Shown: positions 46,078 to 57,625, numbered from the stretch's first letter. The stretch: 64,000 nt of DNA from Candidatus Enterousia sp. (GCA_045645065.1 JAZRIB010000005.1:125917-189916); one strand, 5' to 3'. Notes: generated by a model not told the origin, from the letters alone. Numbers and translations are program-made.

Positions 46078-49000
46078 TTACCACGGCATAAAACCATCAT
46101 TGCACGTACGTTCACATTTCTTAGTGTTTTTATTCCATTTCATTGAACCTGTTTCATCTTCGTACAATTCCATTGGACAGATTGGAACGCATTCGTTATT
46201 TGTTTTATCCAAATTATACAATTCGCCTTGGTATAAACACGTTGCAATCTTACAGCCGCTGCTATAACTGCTTACCGCTTCATCGCCTAATACACTTTTT
46301 GCATTACGGCATCGTCCGCACTGTTTATCTGGCTCATTTGAATCATATGGATTGTTTGTATAACCTGCATCACACGATGTCGCGATACATTCGGTCCATT
46401 TTTTCAAATCTGTATCCCATGTACGTTTACCAATACCATGTTCAATATTACATACAGAAACATTTGGCACACAAGAATTTGATTCTACATGATATCCATC
46501 GGTGCATTCCGATATCTTGCATATTCCGAATGCGCCATTTGTTACATCCCATGTTTGGGTTGCTGCAACAGCATTTGGTGCAACGCATGATTTAACATTG
46601 CTTTCACATTTATCGCCATCTGGATGATATGTTGGTTTGCATGTTGCAACCAGACAATTTCCATTTGCTTTATATTCCAGTGCATTGTCGCGTTCGCATT
46701 TCTGACACCGTCCGTTAATCAATTCATAATCGTATTTACATGATGTTTCTACACATGTTTCAACACCATTAATCGTTCTGATTTCGCACGGATTTAGTGT
46801 TTCAGAAATCCCCTTGTACGTACACATGTCATCATATTGTACAGAATCCATATCACGTATAGCCGTACCACCAAGAATCGGGTAATCCTTACATATCGCA
46901 TAACACTGTTCAATTTTGGTTGAACCTGCTAGTGACAATGTATGCGTACCACCAGACAGCGCGTCACATGTTTGTGGTTTTGCGTCTGCGACACCGTCTT
47001 CGTTCATATCAACACCTGATTCTGTGCCACAAACACTGTTTTCTGGACACAATGTACATTGTGATTTTTCGCCATCCAGATAGAATGTTGCTTTACATGT
47101 TTTGATTTTACATGTGTCTGTCATATTTGCGCCCTGGTAATCACGTCCAAACATACTTGTTGCATTTGTTAATATGTCGCAATCACCAAAGCACTGACCG
47201 TTATCAACAGAACCTTCGTCTGAATTCGGATAACGCCCGTCAAACAGGTCTTTACACAATTGTGGCTTTGCGTTTGCTACACCATTTTCGCCAACGCGTG
47301 TTTGTTCGCCACAAATACTGCCAGATGGACAAATCTTACATGAATTTGTATTCAAGTAATATTTTGTATCACAACGGTTAACCTGACATTCCGAACATCC
47401 CGCAACATATTCCTGGGCAGATATATCATAACCACATGTCTTCAATCCACTGCCGTTTGTAACATTGCATGGCATATTTTCCATAAAGCATGCAGATGCA
47501 TCTGCGCTGAATTCGGTCTGTGTTTTACCCTGTCTTCCATCGAACGATGCGCATGTACCACGTCCAGTGATATAACCTTCGTTTTCAGGATTCGCCACAG
47601 GCCCAAAGAACCCATATCCGACTTTGACACAATCTGTTGCATCAGATTCTGCTTGGTTCCAGTAATACCCTGCGTCGCATTTATGGAACACGCGCGCCGC
47701 GCAAACCGTATAATCCTGTGTTTCTGGCGTGTATCTGCAATAACGAACCCCGCTGCCGTGTTCTGCGACGAATGGATTGTTTGCCTTGTAACACATTGTA
47801 GATACCGCAGCTGTTTCGATATCTGTATCACCACCGTCTGGACATGGTGTTTTATCCAGATTTCCTTCTTCACTATATGCACCATATCCCACCGCATCAC
47901 AATCTGTAGCATCATTTGCTGCACGATAGTATCCACCCTGACATGATGTTATGTGCCATTCGCGACAATTCGTTGCATACCGCGCACTGCCGTCTTCGTT
48001 CTTGGCGGTGTAATTACATACCTGGGTACCTTTACCATACACAGCCGTATAATCGACAGTTTTATAGCATTCACCAACTTCGGATGCTGTTTTAACAGTT
48101 CCTGTGATACCATTTTCTGGGCATGCATAACGTTTTTTATCTGTGTCGGTACTATAATAATTTATACCAACCTCTGAACAATCGATGCCAGATGAATACC
48201 AGTATCCAGCCACACATGCATCAACTGATTGTTCACGACACAAATTATCATACGCGCTTGTACCATAATTACATGTCTGTGTTCCACTTGCTTTTCCTGT
48301 TGTTGACACATATTTCAATCCTTGTTTATAGCATACGCCAATATTTGTTGCGTCAACACCACCACTGGATTTACCACCATCTGGGCATGTGTTATGGCCA
48401 CTTGTAACCCCTGTGTTGGTTGGGAATGTTCCACCCGGACACCAGTGGTCTAATTCGCACACAGAACACACACCGTCTTTGTTTCCGTTATAGTAATATC
48501 CTGGGTCACATATTGTATCGCCTTCGGCCCACATGACGTTGGCATTTGTATCAGATGTTGCAACCGCCAATGCTTTTGCATCTGTTTGTAATGCACCTGT
48601 TGCATCAATGATAACAACATCGTCAACACCATATCCTGCAAAATTCCAGCCTGGCTTGCTTGGTAATGTGCCGTTGTTTATTTGCGTAATCGGTGTTTGT
48701 GCTGATTTATCTGCAAACCAGCCAACCGTATATTTCAAATAGACAGGGTTTTGTGTTGCGTTCACTGTTGCGTCTGCTGCAACCAGTTTAATTTCAAACA
48801 CACCCGGATTCCATGTTGCATACAACGTTATATCTGAACCTGTATCAGATATATTTGCGGACGTTGCCACACCTGCGGAATAACATTTACCTGTTCCATC
48901 TGGATTTTCACACCATTTGCTGGCTGTTACATACCCATCACGTGTCAGCGCATCTGTTTTTGGTAACATACATGCACCGCTATCAAACGTACATTCTACA

Positions 49001-52000
49001 TAATCATTTATGTTACCAGTACCTTGGTTTTTATTTAGTGTAACCTTGTACTTGTTCGCAACACATTTTGGATTTGTGCCGTTTTGTGGTGTGTATCCAC
49101 TTACACACGTTACAGTATAAGAACACGCCGCATACTGACCGTTTCCATTACTAAACGCTTTCTGTTCATTTGCTGTAACTGTTTTACTGTGTTCTACACC
49201 TGATGTTGTTAACGAACATGCGCTATAACAGTTAGCGATATTTGCGCGTGGCAAATCAGAACCGATACCATCACCTGTGGCACCTGTTTCGCCTGGACAC
49301 AAATGAGCCTTTTTACTATTTGCATCTTCAACATCGCCAGACGAAACTGGACCTGGACTGTAATATCCGTCTTTCACAGGCGTACATGCAATTGCACCTT
49401 TATCGGTATAGTAATATCCTGCATCACAACTAAGGGCAATGGCATTACAGTCTTCACGATATATTGCGTTACTATCATCGCCACTGGTATATGCACAATC
49501 CCATTTTGCAGTACCATATTTAAATTCTATATCCGCTGCAATTGCAGTCTTGCGACATTCATATATACTGGTCGCTTGTGCTACGATTGTTGCACCACCT
49601 GCGGGGCATGTTGCAATACATCCTGTGGAACCTTCGTTGATTTTTCCTGTTCCTGGACAATATTTGCCTAATTCACAACGTGTCTTGACACCATTGTTAA
49701 AGTAATACCCAGATTCACAATCAACCATGTTTTGATCCCAGATAGCATACAATGTCATTTCGCCACCATCAGACAGCAAATTCTTGATACTGCCATTAGG
49801 CAAAATCGTTTGTCCCGACCCGTCTGCTTTTGTGTTCCATGCGTTAAAGGTTTTATATTCCATTTGCAACGCATCTGGGGCCTGACATTCTTTGTCATAC
49901 GTACATACAACATCTGGGACATTCAATCCTGTGGCATCTGTTGGATTGAAATGCACTGTAAATGTTGTTGCTTTCCAATTTGCGATAACTGTTGTATCGC
50001 CTGTTGAACCGCTTGCAATCGCATTATTTACAACTTTATCACCCGTCCACTTTTCGAACACATAGCCCGTCTTGGTTGGTGTTAACAATGCAACCGGCGT
50101 ATCTTCAATTGTATACGTTGTTGGATTGCTTGGATTATTATTTCCATCATTCATTGTATATGTAATATCATATACGTTCTTTTCCCAATGCGCATACAAT
50201 ACATCATCTGTTGTAAATGTATTATTTGCAGGAATGTTCATATTGGCGTCTATAATGCGGTTACCACCAGACTGTGCGTCATAATAGCCCAAGAAAGAGT
50301 ATCCCGGACGTGTTGGTTTGTTTAATTTGTTTAACACAGTTGTTGCTGCTGCATTTGTATACCAACCAACTGTATACTTCTGGTAAACAACACCATTGCC
50401 ACCGGAACCTGCATTATCGTCTAATGTTATTTCATATGTTCCTGGCGTACATGTTGCCACATCAGATGCAGACATTGGTGCGCTATACAATGTGCGTTTA
50501 TAACTATATTCAACTTTATCGGTTGTGTTTGCCACATATCCAGGATCACAAACAAATGTGAACGAACAGAACGAAGTCGGTGTACATATAGTTTGTGGAT
50601 ACCATCTATACCCCATTGTTGGTAGCGTTCCTTCGGTACATGTTGCATGTTCAGGACAATGATTAACACTTGTACCTGGTATTACATTACCATCCATATC
50701 TAATACATAATCATTTGCGAAATTACACGTTGGCGAACATCTGCTGTAACACGCGTTTGGACCATTTGATATCGTTGGCATAGATGCCAAACTATACATT
50801 CCTGCTGGCTCTAAATCACTACAAGACGATAAACAATCCGGTTTTTCTGTTGTAATATAATGACGCGCATCGCACATATTGGTGGTACTGTTCGCATCAA
50901 TTTTACACTCGGCGTCTTTTACCGTACATGTATTTGAATTATAGTATTCAATACCAGCTATCTCCTCAGATGTATCGTATTTACATTTAGAGAAATTCGT
51001 CGGGCAACCACTTGGTTCAACGCACAGTTCAGTACATTGTTTGTAGCAGTCTGTTATTTCGTCACTGCCGGCTTCAGAATAGGGGAACGAACCGCCTGTT
51101 TCTGTACCACATGAATATTCTACACCGTTTTTGCAATAACTGTTTGCAGGACATACATTGCTACACTCTGAAACACTGGCCGCAGTATCTTTACCTGTCA
51201 ATGCGCCACCTGGACATGGTGTACGATACACAGAACACCCTGGCTGAGTAGGTTCTTTGTCTTCGCCATCACAATTGGCTTGTGACGGGCTATAGAAACC
51301 ATCGCCAACCGGCACACAATCGTCTGTTGATTTGGTTGTATCCAACCAATATCCTGCATTACATGAAACGACGGTTGCTTGCGTGCAATTTACATCATAT
51401 TTCTTTGAATCATTTGAATAGTAACATTGGCGTCTTTGGAACCCATATGTCGTATAATGAGATAACCCTTTCATTATACACTGTTCGGCACTTTCAGATG
51501 TTTCATAGTTTGTTGTTCCGCGCGTGTTTGTATCTGTATTCAACGGACAATCTGATGCTGTCAAAGAATTTGCAGGACTGTATTTTCCATATCCAACCGC
51601 ACTACATAATACATCCGTTGTATTTTTACGATAATAACCACCCGCACAGGTAATAATGCTTTGATTGCTACAATCCTTGGTATATTCACCTGTATTTACA
51701 TTGTATTTGCATGTCTGACTGCCTGTTGTATAACTGTCTGGGGCATACGCCAAATTCGTTGCATAACAATCTTGGGACGACGTTGATTTTTCTAGAGAAC
51801 TTACCACAACGTTCATAGTTTTACCAGATGCGTCCGTTGCAGCAACATATTTACCATTTAATGATTCACAGGTACTACGTCCACTCTCTGTATTTGTGTC
51901 CTGAACAGTCGTTATACCAACACAATAACTGCCTGATGGACATGGTGTACAAGATGCACCTGTTCCTTTATAATATTCTCCTTTGTCACAGGTTATCTGT

Positions 52001-55000
52001 GGCTTATCAGTCCAGCTTGCTGTAATTGTTTCAGGCCCAGTAAACAATTTGTAATTCGTTGTCAACTTACCCGTTGCATCAATTACTACATCATTCTTGT
52101 TCGACAGATATCCGCCAAAAGTCTTTCCTGATAGTGTTAATGGGCTAACAGACGTTAACACTTGTGAAGTTCCTGCGTCTTTGTACCAACCTGTGTTGTA
52201 TTTCAGATATATTTCATTAACCCCAGATGTAGCACCGTTGTGATTTAACGTTATCTTGTACACAGCTGGCTGACACGACAAACCATTGGCCTCATACCCA
52301 GGATCACAGTTTGCACTATACTTACATTCCTGTATGCGTGTACCGTCGTAATATACTTTATCTGATGTTGGCACCAGTGTTCCATTAACAATATTTTGTT
52401 CCGGACAAGTATTATAACAATCTGACGCCAACGCAGATGTAGCAGTTTCTGTTTTAACTTCGCCAACTGTATTGCTGTTTGACAACGAAGAACATGCTTT
52501 TCTGGCGCCTACGCCATCATTAGCTGCACGATAATAACCAAAACCAACTGGATCACACTTATCACTTGTTCCATCTCTGTAATATCCAGCGATACATGAT
52601 GTTGGCACGATATTACAAGACAAGTTATAAGAAGATGCGGCTGCGTTCCAATTACAGGTCTTATTACCACTACCTGTATTTTGTGTACCATTTGCTGCTT
52701 CGATATCAACCGTTCCTGTGGCCATACACTGTGATATACTATTCGCCCCATTTACAGATGATATTGTTTTACCGGTTGCGGCTGGACATTTTATCATACA
52801 GCCTTTGGTTGTATCGTTTTCTTCACCTTTATTTACTTTATTACCTGGGCAATAGTATCCCGATTGACAATCTGCACCACTGGCATCCTTTCCTGACTCA
52901 CATTGAAATACCCCTAACGCACAACCTGTATCAGTCTTGTTGTAATTTGTATTACATGTCCAATCGTTCGTTCCATCACATGTCGCATGATCAGGGCAGG
53001 TTGTACATGTATTGTTTTTCAACAACAATCCTGTATTACACTTGTTAATTGTCAAAGAACATGTCGGTGCAGTTGCATTACACGCAAAACCATAATACTG
53101 GGTACCGGTCGCTGTTTCTGTGCCATTCGTACAAGACGCCGCGTCACTTGGGCATGTTTGTGGGTTACATGACACTGTACATGACTTAGAACATTTATCT
53201 TTACCATTTGTTCCCCCTGGACATGTGTATCCACTGCCTAATTCAGACGCTGGTTTACACGCGCCATTATCAAGATAGTATCCAGATTGACAACTGGTCG
53301 CTTTACATGTGCTTGTTCCACCTTTGGTAAGTGTACCTGTAACCGCTGTTGCGCCAGACACATCGGATTTTATACAGTCACGATAACATGTGTTGGTATT
53401 GCCACTGCAAATATTATACGTTCCGTTTGTGTATCCTGTAATGCTTGTGCATGATGTTGTACAACTTGTACATGTGCCGTTTAATGGATATGTACCAGAA
53501 CCACAGTTACACCCACCATCTGTTGTCGAATTACATGGGGTCCACTTGGCCCAGAACGTCAATGCAGTTGTACAATTTCCTGTAGCGACGCTTGTAATTT
53601 TATTGCCGCTTAACTCTGCATTATCAAACCAACCATCAAATTTATATCCTGCACGTATAACATTTGTCGGCAAATTAAACGTAGGGGTTTCTACATTACA
53701 CGCAGACATATAATCCCCAACAATCTCACCATTATTTTTATTGTATATGATTGTTTTCTCGCTTTCAGAAACCCACGCTGCTGTCAGTGTTTTGTTTTCT
53801 GCATATTTCCATGTAAATGCTGTACCAGCTGCTTTCTTATCCCCAACACCACTAACGGTCCAGCCATCGAACTTATATCCCTCACGTGAACATGTGTTTG
53901 CCGCTGGGGTGAAACTGCTGTCATATTTTGCAGTTGTTGCAGACGGCGCAGTACCAGAACCATCACCACATGAATACGTTACGTTATATTTACGTGCCGA
54001 ACAGCCTGCCAATGTCCCAGACGCTGAACCCGCTGTACCATATGCTGTGAACGATGGTGTTGTATCTGTATTGCCTGATTTACTGTAACCTGTATTACAT
54101 GTTACTGTGTACTGGCAACGATTGTTTGCTGTATCTGTAGATGCAGAACCTATCGTACTGTTTGCAGCGGCTGTGTACGAACATTTTGCCCACACAGCAT
54201 ACAATTGCACTGAACCACCACATGTCGCAGTCAGGTTCGTAACACTTTGACCGTTCTTATATGTTTCGGACGTTGCGCCACTGGTCGTTGACCAGCCCAA
54301 GAATACATAACCATCACGTGTAAATCCATTAGAGGTTAATGTTTTACCACTGTCATATGTGTGCGTGCTGGACGCTGTTGTCCCAGAACCACCGTTAGCA
54401 TTGTATGTTACAGTATATGTACATGGGGTGTATTTACATGTATCATCGGCACTCTTATAGTCACGACCAGATTTTGTATAACCCGTCTTGTCTGCGCAAC
54501 TTGTATAACAGTATCTTTCGCCATTCGCATCATTGTCATGGCTTGGATATGATGAGTCACACTTTGTACACTTACCACTGCCCAACCATGTATTGTTTGT
54601 ACATGATGTTGCTGTACAGCTACTTGGGGCGGTCGCACCATAATAGAACTTACCTGTTACCGCGCCACTGTTTGATACATCGGTTGTCGAACAAGAACGA
54701 TAACACGTGTTGACTGTATCCCTGTTGCCGTCTGATGCCGTATAATCTGCGCCTGCTTTCGTTGTACATGAATCACATGTCGCAGTGTATCCACCACCAT
54801 TGTTGGTTGCGCTTCTGGTGGCTTTATAGTAACCGCTGTTACATGACCATGTGATATTACATACGTTATTAGAAACTTTTGCGCTACAACCTATGGCACT
54901 GGTGTCATTTGTACACGTACACTGCGACCACTGGGCATACAATGTTTTATTCGCTGTAAATGTTGTATTCGCAGGCAGGGCACCGGTCGCCGTAATACGT

Positions 55001-57468
55001 TGAGTACCACCAGATGTTTCTGTGTAATAACCCTTAAATACATAACCATCACGTTTTGGTATCGCAACAGAACTTATTGTTGTGCCAGAACTGTTCGTCC
55101 ATTTGGTGTTATATACTTCCTTGACTGTACCAGAACCACCCGTTCCGTTATTGTCGTTCAACGTAATCGTATATGTATCTGTATTCCATGTACCTGTGAT
55201 AGTAGCAGTACCGCTAGTTACACCCAAGTTTGTACTGTTACATGTTACAGATGCACCTGCATCAAACGTCTTGCTATTTACAGACCATTTGCCAAACGTA
55301 TAACCTGTCGCAGTCATCGCAGATGGCATTGTAAAGTTGTTGCCATATATACAACTACTTGGGCTTGTTGGTGCTGTACCATGCCCGCCATTCTTCCAAG
55401 ACAATGTAATTGTGTTCGCACCACATGATGTATTTGCTTGATATCCTTCTGCACATGTCCAGATGGCTGTAAATGTCACAGTGCCACTGGTTGAACGCAG
55501 ATTCTTAAAACTGGTAGCTTTTGTGCCGCTAATACTGCTGTCTGTGGTGGTCTGACTGCCATATGTATGTGTCACGCCATCCATACCTGTAATTTTCCAG
55601 CCCGCAAACGTACCATGCGTATGTGTTGGATTATCTACAGTAAACGCCGTGTCATACTTGGCACTGGTTGGATGATTTGTGCCATATGAACCATCATTTA
55701 ACACATATGATACTGTATATGTATTCTCCGTCCACTGGGCTGTAACAGCCGAACTTGTGCCACTGTATACACCAAGTTTTGTATAATTACATGTCACAGA
55801 TGTACTTGCAGATTGTACCGTTCCATCCGCCAATTTCCAACCGCCAAACGTATAGCCTGTACGTGTTGGTTCCGCAGGCAAAGTCAACGAACCGCCATAC
55901 GTACAACTGCCATTGGTTACAGACGAGCCACCGTTTTCATTATAATCAACAGTAATGCTGTTAGCTGTACATGCCGGTGATGTGTTTGTGCCAGTCGCTG
56001 CAGCACCTGTAAACGTTCCAGATGTCTTAAAACCATTCGCACAGGTATAGCTATATGTACATTTGTTGCTTGATACGCCCGTAACCGAACACTCACTTAC
56101 ATTGCCACCCTTAGTACATGCACACGCTGACCACTGGGCTGTCAATGTAATAGCAGATCCTGTACTTACATTCTTCAAACTACCGCCAGCTGCAATTATA
56201 TCACCATCACATGCAGAGGTACCACCTGTACATTTCCAACCAGTAAATACATAGTTCGTTCTGGTATATGTATTCGCTGGGGCAGTGCAGGCCGCATCAT
56301 ATGTACAGCTTGTCGGGCTGGTCGGTGCAGTTCCACCTGTGTTGCCGTTCCCAGCATAACTGATAGTAAATGTATTCGCCTTACAAGTATCTGTTGCGCT
56401 GTAATAATTACGTCCAGAATAACCCGTGCCACAACTTGTAAAGCAGTATGAACTGGTAATACTACCGCCATCTGAACTTGGATAACCGCTTGGACATGCT
56501 GAACATGTTTTGTCACGACCCGAACCGGTTACATACGAATTTGCCTTCGCGCTATATGTCGATACTTCCGTTGCTGTACCATTATACTGGCCGGTTGATG
56601 AATTATAGTTCACTAACATACCACCACTTGAACAGTATGTACTCTTCTGTGTCGCTGAGATATTGATATAGCAATCATCAATCACATCCGAACCAGAATC
56701 TGACGACACGCTTGACCATTCTGGATCAGTTGGACATTCGCTGCGTGTCACACTGTCCGCCGGTGAATAGTACCCCGAACCAACAGGAACACATGCATTG
56801 GCCAACAACGCTGTTGCTGTCTTTTCTTCATCATACACAGGTTCCGAATCTGCAGATAATGTCACATTATAATAACCGGCATCACACTTCAAGTTATAAC
56901 GATGGATTTGACATGATCTGTTCGTTCCATTGACACCATAGGTATCTGCGTCACTATCGACATAACACAAGTAAATTCCCAAAGAACCATGATCCACCAA
57001 ATCAACCGCGTCAAAGACAGCATAACAACTGCTACGTTCAACATGCAGCTCACCCTCCTTCCCCGAATTATTATAGCTCAAAATCCCTGACTGTGTTGAT
57101 GTTGGACATGGTGTACATGACGTCTGACCTTCGTTTGCAGCATACGTCGCATTGATACATTTTGACTGGTATGTGTTACCTGTCTTACTTACATAGTAAC
57201 CCTTTGACGCTTTGATACATGATGTTTTACCTGTATCTGGCTGGTATGTACCCGCCGCACATGGTGTAAGTCCTTGGATTCCGCCATTAGATGTCCATGT
57301 TCCACCAAGACAATAATAACCAGCTTCACAATCTCTACATGTTGTACCATTCAAATACTGCCCCGCAGAACATGAATACGAATTCGCCGCAGACACATCG
57401 CCGATGAACAAATTACCAGCAAAAATCAAACCGAAAATTATCGTAAAAATACGCAGAATTCTAGACAT
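46078..57468 (-). CDS. Giant (3796 aa) secreted cysteine-rich mosaic surface/extracellular protein with Listeria-Bacteroides-type repeats and eukaryote-like Cys modules
   Basis: Uninterrupted ORF. ATG 57468 is preceded by an AAGGAAAG RBS and starts a classical signal peptide (MSRILRIFTIIFGLIFAGNLFIGDVSA). At least 12 units carry ...NGG...GYxFxGW... Many CxxCPxGxYC, CxAGYY and VGxGxYS motifs are present. The ORF-track start 57666 lies in a non-coding leader. Confidence 0.9.
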   Translation of the reverse strand: MSRILRIFTIIFGLIFAGNLFIGDVSAANSYSCSAGQYLNGTTCRDCEAGYYCLGGTWTSNGGIQGLTPCAAGTYQPDTGKTSCIKASKGYYVSKTGNTYQSKCINATYAANEGQTSCTPCPTSTQSGILSYNNSGKEGELHVERSSCYAVFDAVDLVDHGSLGIYLCYVDSDADTYGVNGTNRSCQIHRYNLKCDAGYYNVTLSADSEPVYDEEKTATALLANACVPVGSGYYSPADSVTRSECPTDPEWSSVSSDSGSDVIDDCYINISATQKSTYCSSGGMLVNYNSSTGQYNGTATEVSTYSAKANSYVTGSGRDKTCSACPSGYPSSDGGSITSSYCFTSCGTGYSGRNYYSATDTCKANTFTISYAGNGNTGGTAPTSPTSCTYDAACTAPANTYTRTNYVFTGWKCTGGTSACDGDIIAAGGSLKNVSTGSAITLTAQWSACACTKGGNVSECSVTGVSSNKCTYSYTCANGFKTSGTFTGAAATGTNTSPACTANSITVDYNENGGSSVTNGSCTYGGSLTLPAEPTRTGYTFGGWKLADGTVQSASTSVTCNYTKLGVYSGTSSAVTAQWTENTYTVSYVLNDGSYGTNHPTSAKYDTAFTVDNPTHTHGTFAGWKITGMDGVTHTYGSQTTTDSSISGTKATSFKNLRSTSGTVTFTAIWTCAEGYQANTSCGANTITLSWKNGGHGTAPTSPSSCIYGNNFTMPSAMTATGYTFGKWSVNSKTFDAGASVTCNSTNLGVTSGTATITGTWNTDTYTITLNDNNGTGGSGTVKEVYNTKWTNSSGTTISSVAIPKRDGYVFKGYYTETSGGTQRITATGALPANTTFTANKTLYAQWSQCTCTNDTSAIGCSAKVSNNVCNITWSCNSGYYKATRSATNNGGGYTATCDSCTTKAGADYTASDGNRDTVNTCYRSCSTTDVSNSGAVTGKFYYGATAPSSCTATSCTNNTWLGSGKCTKCDSSYPSHDNDANGERYCYTSCADKTGYTKSGRDYKSADDTCKYTPCTYTVTYNANGGSGTTASSTHTYDSGKTLTSNGFTRDGYVFLGWSTTSGATSETYKNGQSVTNLTATCGGSVQLYAVWAKCSYTAAANSTIGSASTDTANNRCQYTVTCNTGYSKSGNTDTTPSFTAYGTAGSASGTLAGCSARKYNVTYSCGDGSGTAPSATTAKYDSSFTPAANTCSREGYKFDGWTVSGVGDKKAAGTAFTWKYAENKTLTAAWVSESEKTIIYNKNNGEIVGDYMSACNVETPTFNLPTNVIRAGYKFDGWFDNAELSGNKITSVATGNCTTALTFWAKWTPCNSTTDGGCNCGSGTYPLNGTCTSCTTSCTSITGYTNGTYNICSGNTNTCYRDCIKSDVSGATAVTGTLTKGGTSTCKATSCQSGYYLDNGACKPASELGSGYTCPGGTNGKDKCSKSCTVSCNPQTCPSDAASCTNGTETATGTQYYGFACNATAPTCSLTINKCNTGLLLKNNTCTTCPDHATCDGTNDWTCNTNYNKTDTGCALGVFQCESGKDASGADCQSGYYCPGNKVNKGEENDTTKGCMIKCPAATGKTISSVNGANSISQCMATGTVDIEAANGTQNTGSGNKTCNWNAAASSYNLSCNIVPTSCIAGYYRDGTSDKCDPVGFGYYRAANDGVGARKACSSLSNSNTVGEVKTETATSALASDCYNTCPEQNIVNGTLVPTSDKVYYDGTRIQECKYSANCDPGYEANGLSCQPAVYKITLNHNGATSGVNEIYLKYNTGWYKDAGTSQVLTSVSPLTLSGKTFGGYLSNKNDVVIDATGKLTTNYKLFTGPETITASWTDKPQITCDKGEYYKGTGASCTPCPSGSYCVGITTVQDTNTESGRSTCESLNGKYVAATDASGKTMNVVVSSLEKSTSSQDCYATNLAYAPDSYTTGSQTCKYNVNTGEYTKDCSNQSIITCAGGYYRKNTTDVLCSAVGYGKYSPANSLTASDCPLNTDTNTRGTTNYETSESAEQCIMKGLSHYTTYGFQRRQCYYSNDSKKYDVNCTQATVVSCNAGYWLDTTKSTDDCVPVGDGFYSPSQANCDGEDKEPTQPGCSVYRTPCPGGALTGKDTAASVSECSNVCPANSYCKNGVEYSCGTETGGSFPYSEAGSDEITDCYKQCTELCVEPSGCPTNFSKCKYDTSEEIAGIEYYNSNTCTVKDAECKIDANSTTNMCDARHYITTEKPDCLSSCSDLEPAGMYSLASMPTISNGPNACYSRCSPTCNFANDYVLDMDGNVIPGTSVNHCPEHATCTEGTLPTMGYRWYPQTICTPTSFCSFTFVCDPGYVANTTDKVEYSYKRTLYSAPMSASDVATCTPGTYEITLDDNAGSGGNGVVYQKYTVGWYTNAAATTVLNKLNKPTRPGYSFLGYYDAQSGGNRIIDANMNIPANNTFTTDDVLYAHWEKNVYDITYTMNDGNNNPSNPTTYTIEDTPVALLTPTKTGYVFEKWTGDKVVNNAIASGSTGDTTVIANWKATTFTVHFNPTDATGLNVPDVVCTYDKECQAPDALQMEYKTFNAWNTKADGSGQTILPNGSIKNLLSDGGEMTLYAIWDQNMVDCESGYYFNNGVKTRCELGKYCPGTGKINEGSTGCIATCPAGGATIVAQATSIYECRKTAIAADIEFKYGTAKWDCAYTSGDDSNAIYREDCNAIALSCDAGYYYTDKGAIACTPVKDGYYSPGPVSSGDVEDANSKKAHLCPGETGATGDGIGSDLPRANIANCYSACSLTTSGVEHSKTVTANEQKAFSNGNGQYAACSYTVTCVSGYTPQNGTNPKCVANKYKVTLNKNQGTGNINDYVECTFDSGACMLPKTDALTRDGYVTASKWCENPDGTGKCYSAGVATSANISDTGSDITLYATWNPGVFEIKLVAADATVNATQNPVYLKYTVGWFADKSAQTPITQINNGTLPSKPGWNFAGYGVDDVVIIDATGALQTDAKALAVATSDTNANVMWAEGDTICDPGYYYNGNKDGVCSVCELDHWCPGGTFPTNTGVTSGHNTCPDGGKSSGGVDATNIGVCYKQGLKYVSTTGKASGTQTCNYGTSAYDNLCREQSVDACVAGYWYSSGIDCSEVGINYYSTDTDKKRYACPENGITGTVKTASEVGECYKTVDYTAVYGKGTQVCNYTAKNEDGSARYATNCREWHITSCQGGYYRAANDATDCDAVGYGAYSEEGNLDKTPCPDGGDTDIETAAVSTMCYKANNPFVAEHGSGVRYCRYTPETQDYTVCAARVFHKCDAGYYWNQAESDATDCVKVGYGFFGPVANPENEGYITGRGTCASFDGRQGKTQTEFSADASACFMENMPCNVTNGSGLKTCGYDISAQEYVAGCSECQVNRCDTKYYLNTNSCKICPSGSICGEQTRVGENGVANAKPQLCKDLFDGRYPNSDEGSVDNGQCFGDCDILTNATSMFGRDYQGANMTDTCKIKTCKATFYLDGEKSQCTLCPENSVCGTESGVDMNEDGVADAKPQTCDALSGGTHTLSLAGSTKIEQCYAICKDYPILGGTAIRDMDSVQYDDMCTYKGISETLNPCEIRTINGVETCVETSCKYDYELINGRCQKCERDNALEYKANGNCLVATCKPTYHPDGDKCESNVKSCVAPNAVAATQTWDVTNGAFGICKISECTDGYHVESNSCVPNVSVCNIEHGIGKRTWDTDLKKWTECIATSCDAGYTNNPYDSNEPDKQCGRCRNAKSVLGDEAVSSYSSGCKIATCLYQGELYNLDKTNNECVPICPMELYEDETGSMKWNKNTKKCERTCNDGFMPW
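53885..53994. repeat. Inter-paralog DNA cassette, copy in giant 1 (partner 63891-64000)
   Basis: Hand alignment gives 102/110 identical nt. It encodes RKYNVTYSCGDGSGTAPSATTA.Y.SSFTPAANTCSR. Confidence 0.8.
54097..54166. repeat. Inter-paralog DNA cassette, copy in giant 1 (partner 59846-59915)
   Basis: Hand alignment gives 67/70 identical nt. It encodes ANSTIGSASTDTANNRCQYTVTC. Confidence 0.85.
54436..54514. repeat. Inter-paralog DNA cassette, copy in giant 1 (partner 60617-60695)
   Basis: Hand alignment gives 77/79 identical nt. It encodes ...CADK(T/P)GYTKSGRDYKSADDTC... Confidence 0.85.
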
Positions 57469-57586
57469 TCTTCTCGCTTTCCTTTCTCTTTTACCATAAT
57501 CATAGAAAAAACAAGGCACTTTGCACAAGCAAAAAACGCTCTTTTCAACAAAAAAAATTAATTTGACAGAACGTTTTGCTGTTGAC

Positions 57587-57616
57587 TTTTTTGAAAATTG
57601 AATTTTTTCAAAAAAA
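57587..57616. repeat. AT-rich palindrome in the giant-gene intergenic region
   Basis: TTTTTTGAAAA (57587-57597) and TTTTCAAAAAAA (57605-57616) are reverse complements flanking TTGAA. Confidence 0.5.
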
Positions 57617-57625
57617 CACAACGCA

